This document shows, piece after piece, positions 34,004 through 41,694 of a DNA stretch of 50,094 nt. Both the position numbers and the translations under genes were made by a program. Position 1 is the first letter of the stretch. The number at the start of each line of letters is the position of its first letter. This DNA is from an uncultured Bdellovibrionales bacterium (lineage in GTDB: Bacteria; Patescibacteriota; Minisyncoccia; Moranbacterales; UBA11712), in assembly GCA_964543275.1 (NCBI GenBank), contig CAZIWW010000001.1, positions 36,003-86,096 on the forward strand, given 5' to 3'. The notes under the pieces are model-generated. The model saw nothing but the letters and a program-made list of their open reading frames with translations. It was not told where the DNA came from and ran no database searches.

Positions 34004-34579
34004 ATGAGAAGTAAAAAGGGAAAAGAGACAACTAGGATAATCCTTCAAAGTATAGCCTGGGCTGGGGTTATTGTTATCGCGTCCACATCTCCTTATTTTC
34101 TGCCGAAAATTATTCCCAAACTAATTAAATACTCTTTGCACAAGCTGAAAAGTCGAGAAAGAAAAAGAAATTTTTGCAATACCTTTTACTATTTAAGAAA
34201 AAGAGGACTGATTAAAGTGGATAGAAGAGGGAAACAGGTTTACATTTCTTTAACTAGAGAGGGGAAAAGAAAGGCCAAAAAATACCAAATCGATAATCTG
34301 AAAATTAAAAAACCCAAGAAGTGGGACAAAAAGTGGAGGATACTTATTTTTGATGTACAAGATACTCACCGGATGAAAAGGGAAGTATTGCGTGGAAAAT
34401 TGAAAGAGCTGGGACTGTATCAGCTGCAAAAAAGTGTTTGGGTTCATCCTTATAGTTTTCAATTAGAAATGAAGACATTAAGAAGTTTTCTCGGTCTCAA
34501 CCATGCAGAGATGAGAATTATTACAGCTAGTGACATTGAAGGCGATGAGGAGGTTAGATCGTTTTTTAATCTGCTTTAG
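34004..34579 (+). CDS. PaaX-like regulator: winged helix plus a Cas2-like ferredoxin-fold C-terminal domain (tentative)
   Basis: FYYLRKRGLIKVDRRGKQVYISLTREG (wHTH-like). KKWRILIFDVQDTHRMKREVLRGKLKELGLYQLQKSVWVHPY follows the PaaX_C / Cas2-like pattern. Confidence 0.5.
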   Translation: MRSKKGKETTRIILQSIAWAGVIVIASTSPYFLPKIIPKLIKYSLHKLKSRERKRNFCNTFYYLRKRGLIKVDRRGKQVYISLTREGKRKAKKYQIDNLKIKKPKKWDKKWRILIFDVQDTHRMKREVLRGKLKELGLYQLQKSVWVHPYSFQLEMKTLRSFLGLNHAEMRIITASDIEGDEEVRSFFNLL

Positions 34580-34606
34580 ATCGGGTATAGTAAGCAGTAA
34601 TAAAAT

Positions 34607-34645
34607 AAAAATTTGCATCATTTTTTATGCGGTCGCAATGAAAAT
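34607..34645 (+). repeat. Direct repeat copy 2 flanking the PaaX-like gene
   Basis: AAAAATTTGCATCATTTTTTATGCGGTCGCAATGAAAAT. About 80 percent identical by eye to 33917-33952. Shares the core TGCGGTCGCA. Confidence 0.5.
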
Positions 34646-34832
34646 GAGAGAATTATTTTGGGGTATTTTGGAGTTCTAGATTTTCTAGATATAATAGATT
34701 TATTAGATTTGGATTTATCTAGCGAGATGGCAGGCTGAACTGCACTTAAGTGCTTAAATGGACAGAGAATAATTTTTGCTGTATCTTAAAATGTGAATGC
34801 TTTATTGTTCAACAGTTTGATTTATTATTTTT

Positions 34833-34904
34833 GGCCCCTTCGTCTAGTGGTCAGGACATCAGGTTCTCATCCTGGAAACAGGGGTTCGATTCCCCTAGGG
34901 GCTA
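34833..34904 (+). tRNA. tRNA-Glu (anticodon CUC), no encoded CCA
   Basis: Folds by eye as a cloverleaf. Acceptor GGCCCCT/AGGGGCT, anticodon stem TCAGG/CCTGG with loop TTCTCAT, T arm AGGGG-TTCGATT-CCCCT. Confidence 0.85.
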
Positions 34905-34962
34905 CGGAAAATTAAAAGCACAACCTCTCTATTTAGTTTGAGCTAAATAAAAAAGTTGCGCT

Positions 34963-35184
34963 TTATTCCTCGCGGTAGATGTAAGCCTTTTGACCCTCGT
35001 CTAAAATCGGAAGGTCACTTTGGTTAAGCTCGAAAACAATATTTCCCTCTGGTTTTTTGAGGGAAGCTTTTAATTTCGGAAATCCTTCAATTTCCTGAAC
35101 CTGAAAAGGTCTTCCTTCCCGCCGCGCTCTGGCTAGAGCCTGTTGAGCGGCTCTTTTTAGGAATTCTGAAAGAACTAAAGTCAT
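34963..35184 (-). CDS. Hypothetical 73-aa protein
   Basis: Strong SD AAGGAGGTGA 7 nt upstream of ATG 35184. No motif recognised. Confidence 0.5.
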   Translation of the reverse strand: MTLVLSEFLKRAAQQALARARREGRPFQVQEIEGFPKLKASLKKPEGNIVFELNQSDLPILDEGQKAYIYREE

Positions 35185-35256
35185 TTTACTTCACCTCCTT
35201 TTCCGCTTATTTTTAATACAAAGATTAGCATACGCTGTAACAATAAATGTGTCAAA

Positions 35257-35940
35257 TTAAGCAGACTTTTTACGGTGTATGTATTCTCTTAAGTCTCTCA
35301 ATGTTGTGTCAAGAACAACTTCGTCTCTAGGTAAAGTCTGGTGAGTAATTCTACCACCTTTAATTATTCTCCTAGTATAAGCGGTAGATTCATCGAAGTC
35401 GCAGCTGGAATCGCCAAAGTCTATAATCCAAGGAGTTCCTTGTTTGTCGATTATTATATTCCCAGGTCTTAGATCGCGGTGATAAATGTTCGCGGAATGA
35501 AGACTGTCAAGATGATTATGTAGTGTTTTATAAAATTTTCCAAAGTCAAAATTTTCCGGCAAGTCCAAATTTTTTTCAATGATTTCCAGGATACTATATC
35601 CGCTTATTTTTTCCATAATCAGCGCCTCAAAATTTTCACTTATTATACAAAAAAGGGGCTTAGGCGCTTTGACGTAGCTTATCAATTGGCACTTATCTAA
35701 AAATTCTTGCTCTCTCCTAACATTGTTAACATACCGCGATTTGTCCGTGATTATCTTGTAACACACATAGGGATCCGTCTTGCTGAAAAATACTTCTGCT
35801 GTTTTGCCTTCGCCTAGTTTAAATCCGAATTGCCTAATTTCAGTAATTTCTCTCACTAACTCTTTTTCTGCTTCAGTGCTTCCGTCTGGATTTTTTTTCA
35901 ATGTCTTACTTTTTATTATATTAAAATTTTCTTTTTCCAT
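35257..35940 (-). CDS. Minimal eukaryotic-like protein kinase-fold protein
   Basis: Gly-rich loop GEGKTAEVF, VCYKI (Lys), catalytic loop HRDLRPGNIII, IIDFGDS (DFG). ATG 35940 preferred over TTG 35973. Confidence 0.6.
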   Translation of the reverse strand: MEKENFNIIKSKTLKKNPDGSTEAEKELVREITEIRQFGFKLGEGKTAEVFFSKTDPYVCYKIITDKSRYVNNVRREQEFLDKCQLISYVKAPKPLFCIISENFEALIMEKISGYSILEIIEKNLDLPENFDFGKFYKTLHNHLDSLHSANIYHRDLRPGNIIIDKQGTPWIIDFGDSSCDFDESTAYTRRIIKGGRITHQTLPRDEVVLDTTLRDLREYIHRKKSA

Positions 35941-36094
35941 ATTGTTTTTGCACTTAAGTATATTTAAAGTCAATTATAACATTGGATAACATTAGTTTGA
36001 GATTTTATCAGCAAATTGGTCTTACACCGCAATTTTTAAAAGTCCTCGGCGAGGTTTCCCACCAAGAACTTTTCTTATTAAGGATAAGGAAGGG

Positions 36095-36400
36095 TCATCT
36101 TTCATGTCTTGTGAGCTCCAACTTGTTAGCGTAGCATGCCTTCCTGATTTGGTCGGCGACGCGCGCAGCCTCCACGAAACAAGCGGTTTCCGTTCGGAAA
36201 CTGATCACGGCAGTTTTTTCGCCGATCTCGATACTTGTTTCAAAGTGGCTATTCCCAACTGTCGTGTAACATCTAAACATTCCGAGTGACCTGGCACTTT
36301 TTTTAATTCCGTTGAAGATATTGGGCTTCTTGCTTGCTTGGTTTACCTTTTCCGTAATTTCTTGCGCTGGAGACAGCGTTAGTTTCCACCAAGTCGCCAT
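36095..36400 (-). CDS. Hypothetical 101-aa protein
   Basis: Start moved to ATG 36400, preceded by AAGGAGGAAACTTGG. No motif recognised. Confidence 0.5.
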   Translation of the reverse strand: MATWWKLTLSPAQEITEKVNQASKKPNIFNGIKKSARSLGMFRCYTTVGNSHFETSIEIGEKTAVISFRTETACFVEAARVADQIRKACYANKLELTRHER

Positions 36401-36546
36401 CCAAGTTTCCTCCTTAGACACATCGCATAAATTTTTTAGTATTTTAAAATGCAAACCCATCTAATTTTCCGCTTTTTTCTCTCTCTTGTCAATACCGCGT
36501 TTTGCTTTATTATTATGAGTAGGTTTTTGTTTGTAGAGCAGTCTGA

Positions 36547-37614
36547 ATGAACGCGCGCAAAGAACTCGAAAATTACAAGAAAATAGTCGATAAAAAGTTA
36601 GCCGAATATTTTACTGAGAAAATAAAGGAAGCAAAAAAGGTTAGTCCTTTAGCGGTGCAAGCGGTGAAGAACATTCGTGACATGGTGCTGGCTGGCGGCA
36701 AGCGTGTTCGGGCGGCTTTTATGTATTGGGGCTATAAAGCGGCTGGCGGCAAGGAAGTGGATAAGATAGTCGAGGCTTCGATGAGTATTGAGTTGACTCA
36801 TATTTTTCTTCTTATTCATGACGATATTATCGACCGTGACGATTTTCGCCACGGGATAAAATCTATCCATAAAAGGTATGAGAGTTTGGCGCGAAGGTTT
36901 TATAAAAAAGTTGACGCAGAACATTTTGGACACTCAATGGGAATGATTGTTGGGGATATGGCGGCGGCGTTGGGAAACGAAATTATTTTTAATTCTCGGT
37001 TTTCCGCGGAGAATATTTTAATGGCGCTTGATAAACTGCAGGACATTGTATCAGTCACGGTTACTGGAGAAATGATGGATATAGTTCTGGAAGCTAGAGG
37101 CAGAGCGTCCGAGAAAGAAATTCTCAAAGTTCATAAGGACAAGACAGCAAGGTACACCGTCGAAGGGCCGCTTCACCTGGGAGCGTTGTTGGCTGGGGCC
37201 GATAGGAAAGTTTTAAGGGATTTAAGCAATTACGCTGTTCCAGTCGGTACGGCTTTTCAAATTCAGGACGACATTCTGGGGGCTTTTGGGAACGAAAAGA
37301 AATTAGGCAAGCCTGTTTGCAGCGATCTTAGAGAAGAAAAGCAGACTTTGCTGATAGTTAAAACTTTAGAAAGAGGAAATAAGAGCCAAAGACGGTTAAT
37401 TAATAATTTATTGGGAAGCAAGAATTTAACATTAAAAGACATAGAAGATTTCCGCGAAGTTATCCGTGAGACTGGATCATTGAAATATTCAAGGAATTTA
37501 GCAAGAAAGTTAGTTGTCAAAGGGAAGAAAGATTTGCATAAGTCTGCTATCGGCAAAGAGGCTAGGGAATTTTTAGCTGGAATTGCGGACTATATTGTAA
37601 ATCGAGAGATTTAA
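36547..37614 (+). CDS. Polyprenyl diphosphate synthase (trans-IPPS, GGPP/FPP synthase-like)
   Basis: First Asp-rich motif LIHDDIIDRDDFRHG and second FQIQDDILG. Confidence 0.85.
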   Translation: MNARKELENYKKIVDKKLAEYFTEKIKEAKKVSPLAVQAVKNIRDMVLAGGKRVRAAFMYWGYKAAGGKEVDKIVEASMSIELTHIFLLIHDDIIDRDDFRHGIKSIHKRYESLARRFYKKVDAEHFGHSMGMIVGDMAAALGNEIIFNSRFSAENILMALDKLQDIVSVTVTGEMMDIVLEARGRASEKEILKVHKDKTARYTVEGPLHLGALLAGADRKVLRDLSNYAVPVGTAFQIQDDILGAFGNEKKLGKPVCSDLREEKQTLLIVKTLERGNKSQRRLINNLLGSKNLTLKDIEDFREVIRETGSLKYSRNLARKLVVKGKKDLHKSAIGKEAREFLAGIADYIVNREI

Positions 37615-37727
37615 AATCAGCCGTGGTGATTAAGGTAGTGATGCGCTCGCGGTTTTATTGCGGCCGGGCGATTCATTGCCGTAAGGCGGCGGTATACTTT
37701 GTTCTAATATTGTGCTATACTGCAACT

Positions 37728-38297
37728 ATGAAAATCGGAAAGAAAATTTTTGAGATAGTTTTTCACGCTCGGGGCGGGCAGGGCGCTAAGACGGCGGCGG
37801 AGATTTTGGCCCAAGCGGCGCTTCGAGAGGGTAAATTTGTTCAAGCTTTTCCGGATTACGGACCCGAGCGGAGTGGCGCTCCCATGCGGACTTACGTTCG
37901 AATTTCAGATGAGCCAATTCTCACGCGCGAGCCGGTGGTTGATCCCGATCTGGTAGTAGTTTTAGACGAGACTCTTTTGGATTCGGTAAAAGTTACTAAT
38001 AATCTGGACGAGGACGAGATTATGATAGTCAATACCGCGAAAGACAGAAACGCTGTTTCTCAAAAGACAGGATATAAGGGAAACATTTATCCCGTTGATG
38101 CCGCAAGAATATCCATGGAAATTATTGGTCAGCCTCGTCCCAATACGGCTATCTTGGGAAAACTGGTTAAGATTACTGAAGTAGTGAAGCTTGATAATGT
38201 GGTTGAGGTGTTTAGGGAAAAATATATTGGAAAGATTGGAGAGGAAATTACGGAAAAAAATGTTTTGGCGATTGAGAAAGCGTACGATAGTTTGTAA
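37728..38297 (+). CDS. porG: Pyruvate:ferredoxin oxidoreductase, gamma subunit
   Basis: FHARGGQGAKTAAEILAQAALREGKFVQAFPDYGPERSGAP. Start moved to ATG 37728. Confidence 0.8.
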   Translation: MKIGKKIFEIVFHARGGQGAKTAAEILAQAALREGKFVQAFPDYGPERSGAPMRTYVRISDEPILTREPVVDPDLVVVLDETLLDSVKVTNNLDEDEIMIVNTAKDRNAVSQKTGYKGNIYPVDAARISMEIIGQPRPNTAILGKLVKITEVVKLDNVVEVFREKYIGKIGEEITEKNVLAIEKAYDSL

Positions 38298-38298
38298 T

Positions 38299-38418
38299 CT
38301 CTACGAATTACTAAACAATTACAAAAATACGAAAACTTATAAACACCTATCCCCTAAAACTACAACTTATTTAATGTGCGATTTCGTATTTTTTGTTAAA
38401 TTTAGTAGTTCGTAGAAA
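38299..38418. repeat. Hairpin element (TACGAA variant) filling the porG-porD spacer
   Basis: CTCTACGAATTACTAAACAATTACAAAAATACGAAAAC pairs with GCGATTTCGTATTTTTTGTTAAATTTAGTAGTTCGTAGAAA. Loop of about 40 nt. Confidence 0.6.
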
Positions 38419-38426
38419 ATTGTACT

Positions 38427-38687
38427 ATGGATTGGCAAAACATCGAAAAAGGCGCTGTCATCAAGCACGATATCAAAAAGTCGCCTCGTACCGGCGACTG
38501 GCGATATATGAAACCCGAAGTTGATAAGAAGAAATGCATTGGCTGCGGGCAGTGCGTTTCTCATTGCCCGGAAGGCTGTATAACTTTAGGCAAAGATGGC
38601 AAGGCCGAGATTAATTATGATTTTTGCAAAGGCTGCGGAGTGTGCGCGCAGATTTGCCCGAGAAAAGCGATTAAGATGAGGAAGTAG
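38427..38687 (+). CDS. porD: Pyruvate:ferredoxin oxidoreductase, delta subunit (2x[4Fe-4S])
   Basis: CIGCGQCVSHCP and CKGCGVCAQICP cluster motifs; 86 aa. Confidence 0.8.
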   Translation: MDWQNIEKGAVIKHDIKKSPRTGDWRYMKPEVDKKKCIGCGQCVSHCPEGCITLGKDGKAEINYDFCKGCGVCAQICPRKAIKMRK

Positions 38688-38718
38688 TATCTAGTATATT
38701 GTATCTTGCATTTTGTAT
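38688..38718. repeat. Left inverted-repeat arm of four-helix-bundle gene cassette 2
   Basis: TTGTATCTTGCATTTTGTAT matches 19 of 20 positions of the reverse complement of 39091-39125. Confidence 0.65.
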
Positions 38719-39091
38719 GGTTACGGATAATAAGAAGATAAAATCATTTACCGATTTATATGCTTGGCAAGAAGCGCATAAATTAGTTTTAATGGTTTAT
38801 GCGGAAACTGAAAAATTTCCTAAAAGAGAAATTTTTGGTTTGACTGTCCAGATAAGACGGTCAGTTGTTTCTATTACATCTAATATCGCGGAAGGCTTTA
38901 ACAGAAATGCTTCTAAGGATAAATGTCAGTTTTATTCTATGGCGCACGGATCATTAACTGAATTGCGAAATCAGTTGCTAGCGACAAGAGATGTCGGGTA
39001 TTTAAGCCAAGCAATTTTTAATAAGCTTGCCGATCAAACGGTTGTTGTTGCTAAGTTGATTAATGGCTTGAGAAAAATAAGAAACAAATGA
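38717..39091 (+). CDS. Four-helix-bundle protein (23S rRNA IVS protein / Avd-like family) inserted in the por operon
   Basis: FTDLYAWQEAHKLVLMVYAETEKFPKREIFGLTVQIRRSVVSITSNIAEGFNR...GSLTELRNQL is the canonical family pattern. Confidence 0.8.
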   Translation: MVTDNKKIKSFTDLYAWQEAHKLVLMVYAETEKFPKREIFGLTVQIRRSVVSITSNIAEGFNRNASKDKCQFYSMAHGSLTELRNQLLATRDVGYLSQAIFNKLADQTVVVAKLINGLRKIRNK

Positions 39092-40269
39092 TACAAGATA
39101 CAAAATACAAGATACAAAATACGAAACAGCTCGCTCTCACCGGCGGGGCCGCTGCCGCCGAAGCTCTCAAGCAAATTAACCCGGATGTGATGCCGGTTTA
39201 TCCTATCACGCCACAGACGCCGATTATAGAAACTTTTGCTAAGATGGTGGCTGATGGCTTAGCCGATACGGAGATTATGGAAGTGGAATCGGAACACAGC
39301 GCTATGAGCGCGGCGGTTGGCGCGCAAGCGGCCGGAGCGCGGGCGATGACAGCCACTAGTTCCCAGGGACTAGCGCTAATGAGCGAGATTCTTCCCATTG
39401 CTTCTGGGTTGCGCTTGCCGATATTAATGTTTATTAGCGCGCGGGCTTTGAGCGCTCCCATAAATATCCATTGCGATCATCAGGATGTAATGGCTGTTCG
39501 AGATTTGGGATGGATTCAAATTTTTTCGGAGAGCGCACAGGAAGTTTACGACAACGCTTTTATAGCTCTTCGTCTGGCGGAAAAAACGCGTCTGCCGGCG
39601 ATGGTAATTATGGATGGTTTTACTACCTCGCATAGCGTAGAAAATTTAGAAGTTTTGGATACAGCCGCGGCCAGAAAATTTATCGGTGAATATAAGCCGG
39701 AAAATTATTTGCTGGACACGGATAACCCGGTAACTTTTGGGCCGGTGGGGCTTCCTAATTCGTATTTTGAATTCAAGCGAGCGCAGATCGAGGCAATGGA
39801 TGGGGTGATTGGGGAATATATAGAAATTTGCAGAAATTATGTTGAAGTTAGCGGACGCGATTATGATATATTCGAAGGCTATAACTTGGATGACGCTGAA
39901 AAAGTTATTGTTGTTGCCGGTTCCACAGCCGGGACAGCTAAAGTGGTTGTGGATGAATTGCGTGAGAGAGGAGAAAAAGTAGGACTACTTAAGATAAAAT
40001 TGTTTAGGCCGTTTCCGTACGGGGAAATAAAAAAAGCGCTTGAAGGCAAAAAACGTGTTGCCGTTTTGGATAGATCAGTTTCGTTTGGGAGTGTCGCCCC
40101 GCTTTATGGCGAGATAGTAAACTCGACTTTTCGGGATGATGTTCAGTCTTGCATTTTTGGATTAGGCGGACGTGAGATTTTTGGGGAGGATATTGCAAGG
40201 GTGTTTGAAGAAATGGGAGATAGAGGAGATCGGGAGCGCAAAGTGGTTAATTATATTGGATTAAAGTGA
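39088..40269 (+). CDS. porA: Pyruvate:ferredoxin oxidoreductase, alpha subunit
   Basis: LTGGAAAAEALKQINPDVMPVYPITPQTPIIE. The ATG overlaps the preceding stop (ATGA). Confidence 0.85.
   Translation: MIQDTKYKIQNTKQLALTGGAAAAEALKQINPDVMPVYPITPQTPIIETFAKMVADGLADTEIMEVESEHSAMSAAVGAQAAGARAMTATSSQGLALMSEILPIASGLRLPILMFISARALSAPINIHCDHQDVMAVRDLGWIQIFSESAQEVYDNAFIALRLAEKTRLPAMVIMDGFTTSHSVENLEVLDTAAARKFIGEYKPENYLLDTDNPVTFGPVGLPNSYFEFKRAQIEAMDGVIGEYIEICRNYVEVSGRDYDIFEGYNLDDAEKVIVVAGSTAGTAKVVVDELRERGEKVGLLKIKLFRPFPYGEIKKALEGKKRVAVLDRSVSFGSVAPLYGEIVNSTFRDDVQSCIFGLGGREIFGEDIARVFEEMGDRGDRERKVVNYIGLK
39091..39125. repeat. Right inverted-repeat arm of four-helix-bundle gene cassette 2
   Basis: ATACAAGATACAAAATACAAGATACAAAATACGAA. 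Also encodes the porA N-terminus (IQDTKYKIQNTK). Confidence 0.65.
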
Positions 40270-40272
40270 TTT

Positions 40273-40371
40273 CTCTACGAATTACGAATTTTGTACGAAT
40301 ATACGAATGAATGTATAAAAGCAATACATTCATAAAGTAATCTATTTGTGTGTGATTCGTAATTCGTAGAG
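40273..40371. repeat. TACGAAT-family nested hairpin filling the porA-porB spacer
   Basis: CTCTACGAATTACGAATTTTGTACGAATATACGAAT ... ATTCGTAATTCGTAGAG. Inner stem ATGAATGTAT / ATACATTCAT. Confidence 0.7.
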
Positions 40372-40384
40372 ATTAGGCATAACC

Positions 40385-41296
40385 TTGAATAAAAATTTGG
40401 TTACAAAATTTGCTCCCGGCCATGCGACTTGCGCGGGGTGCGGGATACCGGCAATTGTGAGAACAGTGCTAGGCGCGACCGACGATCCGGTGGTAGTAAT
40501 TAACGCTACAGGGTGTTTGGAGGTAACATCTACTCTTTATCCTTATACCGCTTGGAAAGTTCCTTACATTCACAACGCTTTTGAAAACGCGGGGGCGACG
40601 GCAGCGGGAGTGGAAACGGCTTGCCGGATGCTGGTTAAAAGAGGGAAGATTCCCAAGGATAAAGAGATAAAGTTTGTGGTTTTTGGGGGAGATGGCGGGA
40701 CTTATGATATTGGATTGCAAAGTTTATCGGGAGCGCTTGAACGAGGACATAAATTCTTGTATGTTTGTTATGACAACGAAGCCTATATGAACACCGGTGG
40801 GCAGAGAAGCGGCGCTACTCCTCGTGGAGCCAGCACTACTACGACTCCGGCTGGCAAGATAAACTACGGTAAAAAGCAGAAGAGAAAAGATTTAATGTCG
40901 ATTGTGATCGCGCATCACATAAAATATGCCGCTCAAGCCAATGTGGCATATCTTCAGGACTTAAAGATGAAAGCTCAAAAGGCTTTTGAAGCCGAAGGAC
41001 CTAGTTTTCTACTGGTACTCCAGCCTTGCACCAATCAATGGAAGTTTCCTGCTTCGGATTACGTGCGTGTTGGAAAGCTGGCAACGGAGACGAATTTTTG
41101 GCCTTTGTATGAATACCTTGACGGCAAATACAAAATCAACTGGGCTACTGAAAATCCCAAGCCGGTTGAAGAATTTTTAAAAACGCAAGGGAGATTTAAG
41201 CATTTATTTAAATCCGGCGGAGAAGAAATAATTTCACAGATTCAGGAAGAGATTGAAAAAGATTGGAGTAAGTTAGTGGAATTGGCGGAGGTTTAG
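40385..41296 (+). CDS. porB: Pyruvate:ferredoxin oxidoreductase, beta subunit (TPP-binding)
   Basis: TTG start. HATCAGCG and GGDGGTYDIG..YDNEAYMNTGGQ motifs. Confidence 0.85.
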   Translation: MNKNLVTKFAPGHATCAGCGIPAIVRTVLGATDDPVVVINATGCLEVTSTLYPYTAWKVPYIHNAFENAGATAAGVETACRMLVKRGKIPKDKEIKFVVFGGDGGTYDIGLQSLSGALERGHKFLYVCYDNEAYMNTGGQRSGATPRGASTTTTPAGKINYGKKQKRKDLMSIVIAHHIKYAAQANVAYLQDLKMKAQKAFEAEGPSFLLVLQPCTNQWKFPASDYVRVGKLATETNFWPLYEYLDGKYKINWATENPKPVEEFLKTQGRFKHLFKSGGEEIISQIQEEIEKDWSKLVELAEV

Positions 41297-41387
41297 ATTT
41301 TAGATAATGAGTAGCACTAGTCATTAGCAAAAGCAAAATGAAATAATATTATTTATTTTTCGTATTAGTTATTTGTAAAAAAGGTTT

Positions 41388-41579
41388 ATGTCTAAAATCA
41401 AGATTAATGAAGATCTCTGCATCGGTTGCGGGACTTGCGAAGCGATGTGTCCGGATGTCTTTAAAATTGAGAATGGTAAGGCAAAGGTGTATAGTGAAAA
41501 CTGCAAAGATTGCGAGGATTGCAAGTTGGATGAAATTGTAAGTAGTTGTCCGGTGAATGCGATAACGGTGGAAGAGTAA
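41388..41579 (+). CDS. Small ferredoxin
   Basis: 63 aa. CIGCGTCEAMCP ... SSCPVNAI. Confidence 0.75.
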   Translation: MSKIKINEDLCIGCGTCEAMCPDVFKIENGKAKVYSENCKDCEDCKLDEIVSSCPVNAITVEE

Positions 41580-41580
41580 G

Positions 41581-41660
41581 ACCAAAAATCAAAAACCAAA
41601 TACCAAAAAATACAAATCAAAAACTAATTTTTTGTATTTTTATCTTTATTGTTGTTTTTT
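41581..41660. repeat. A-rich periodic-motif segment with an AT-only hairpin
   Basis: AAAAATCAAAAACCAAATACCAAAAAATACAAATCAAAAAC, with AAAAATACAAA / TTTGTATTTTT pairing. Confidence 0.4.
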
Positions 41661-41694
41661 TACCCTTTAACTTAATAATTTAAGCGCGATATTT

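Noticed and set aside
34750-34941. 63-aa ORF overlapping tRNA-Glu
   Set aside because: The tRNA cloverleaf fully explains the sequence, so the ORF is an artefact.
37623-37727. Extended start for porG (37623); the same applies to the membrane protein (46416-46490)
   Set aside because: The extensions have no similarity to the family N-termini. ATG 37728 gives the conserved PorG start (MKIGKKIFEIVFHARGGQG), and ATG 46491 starts at the first TM segment.
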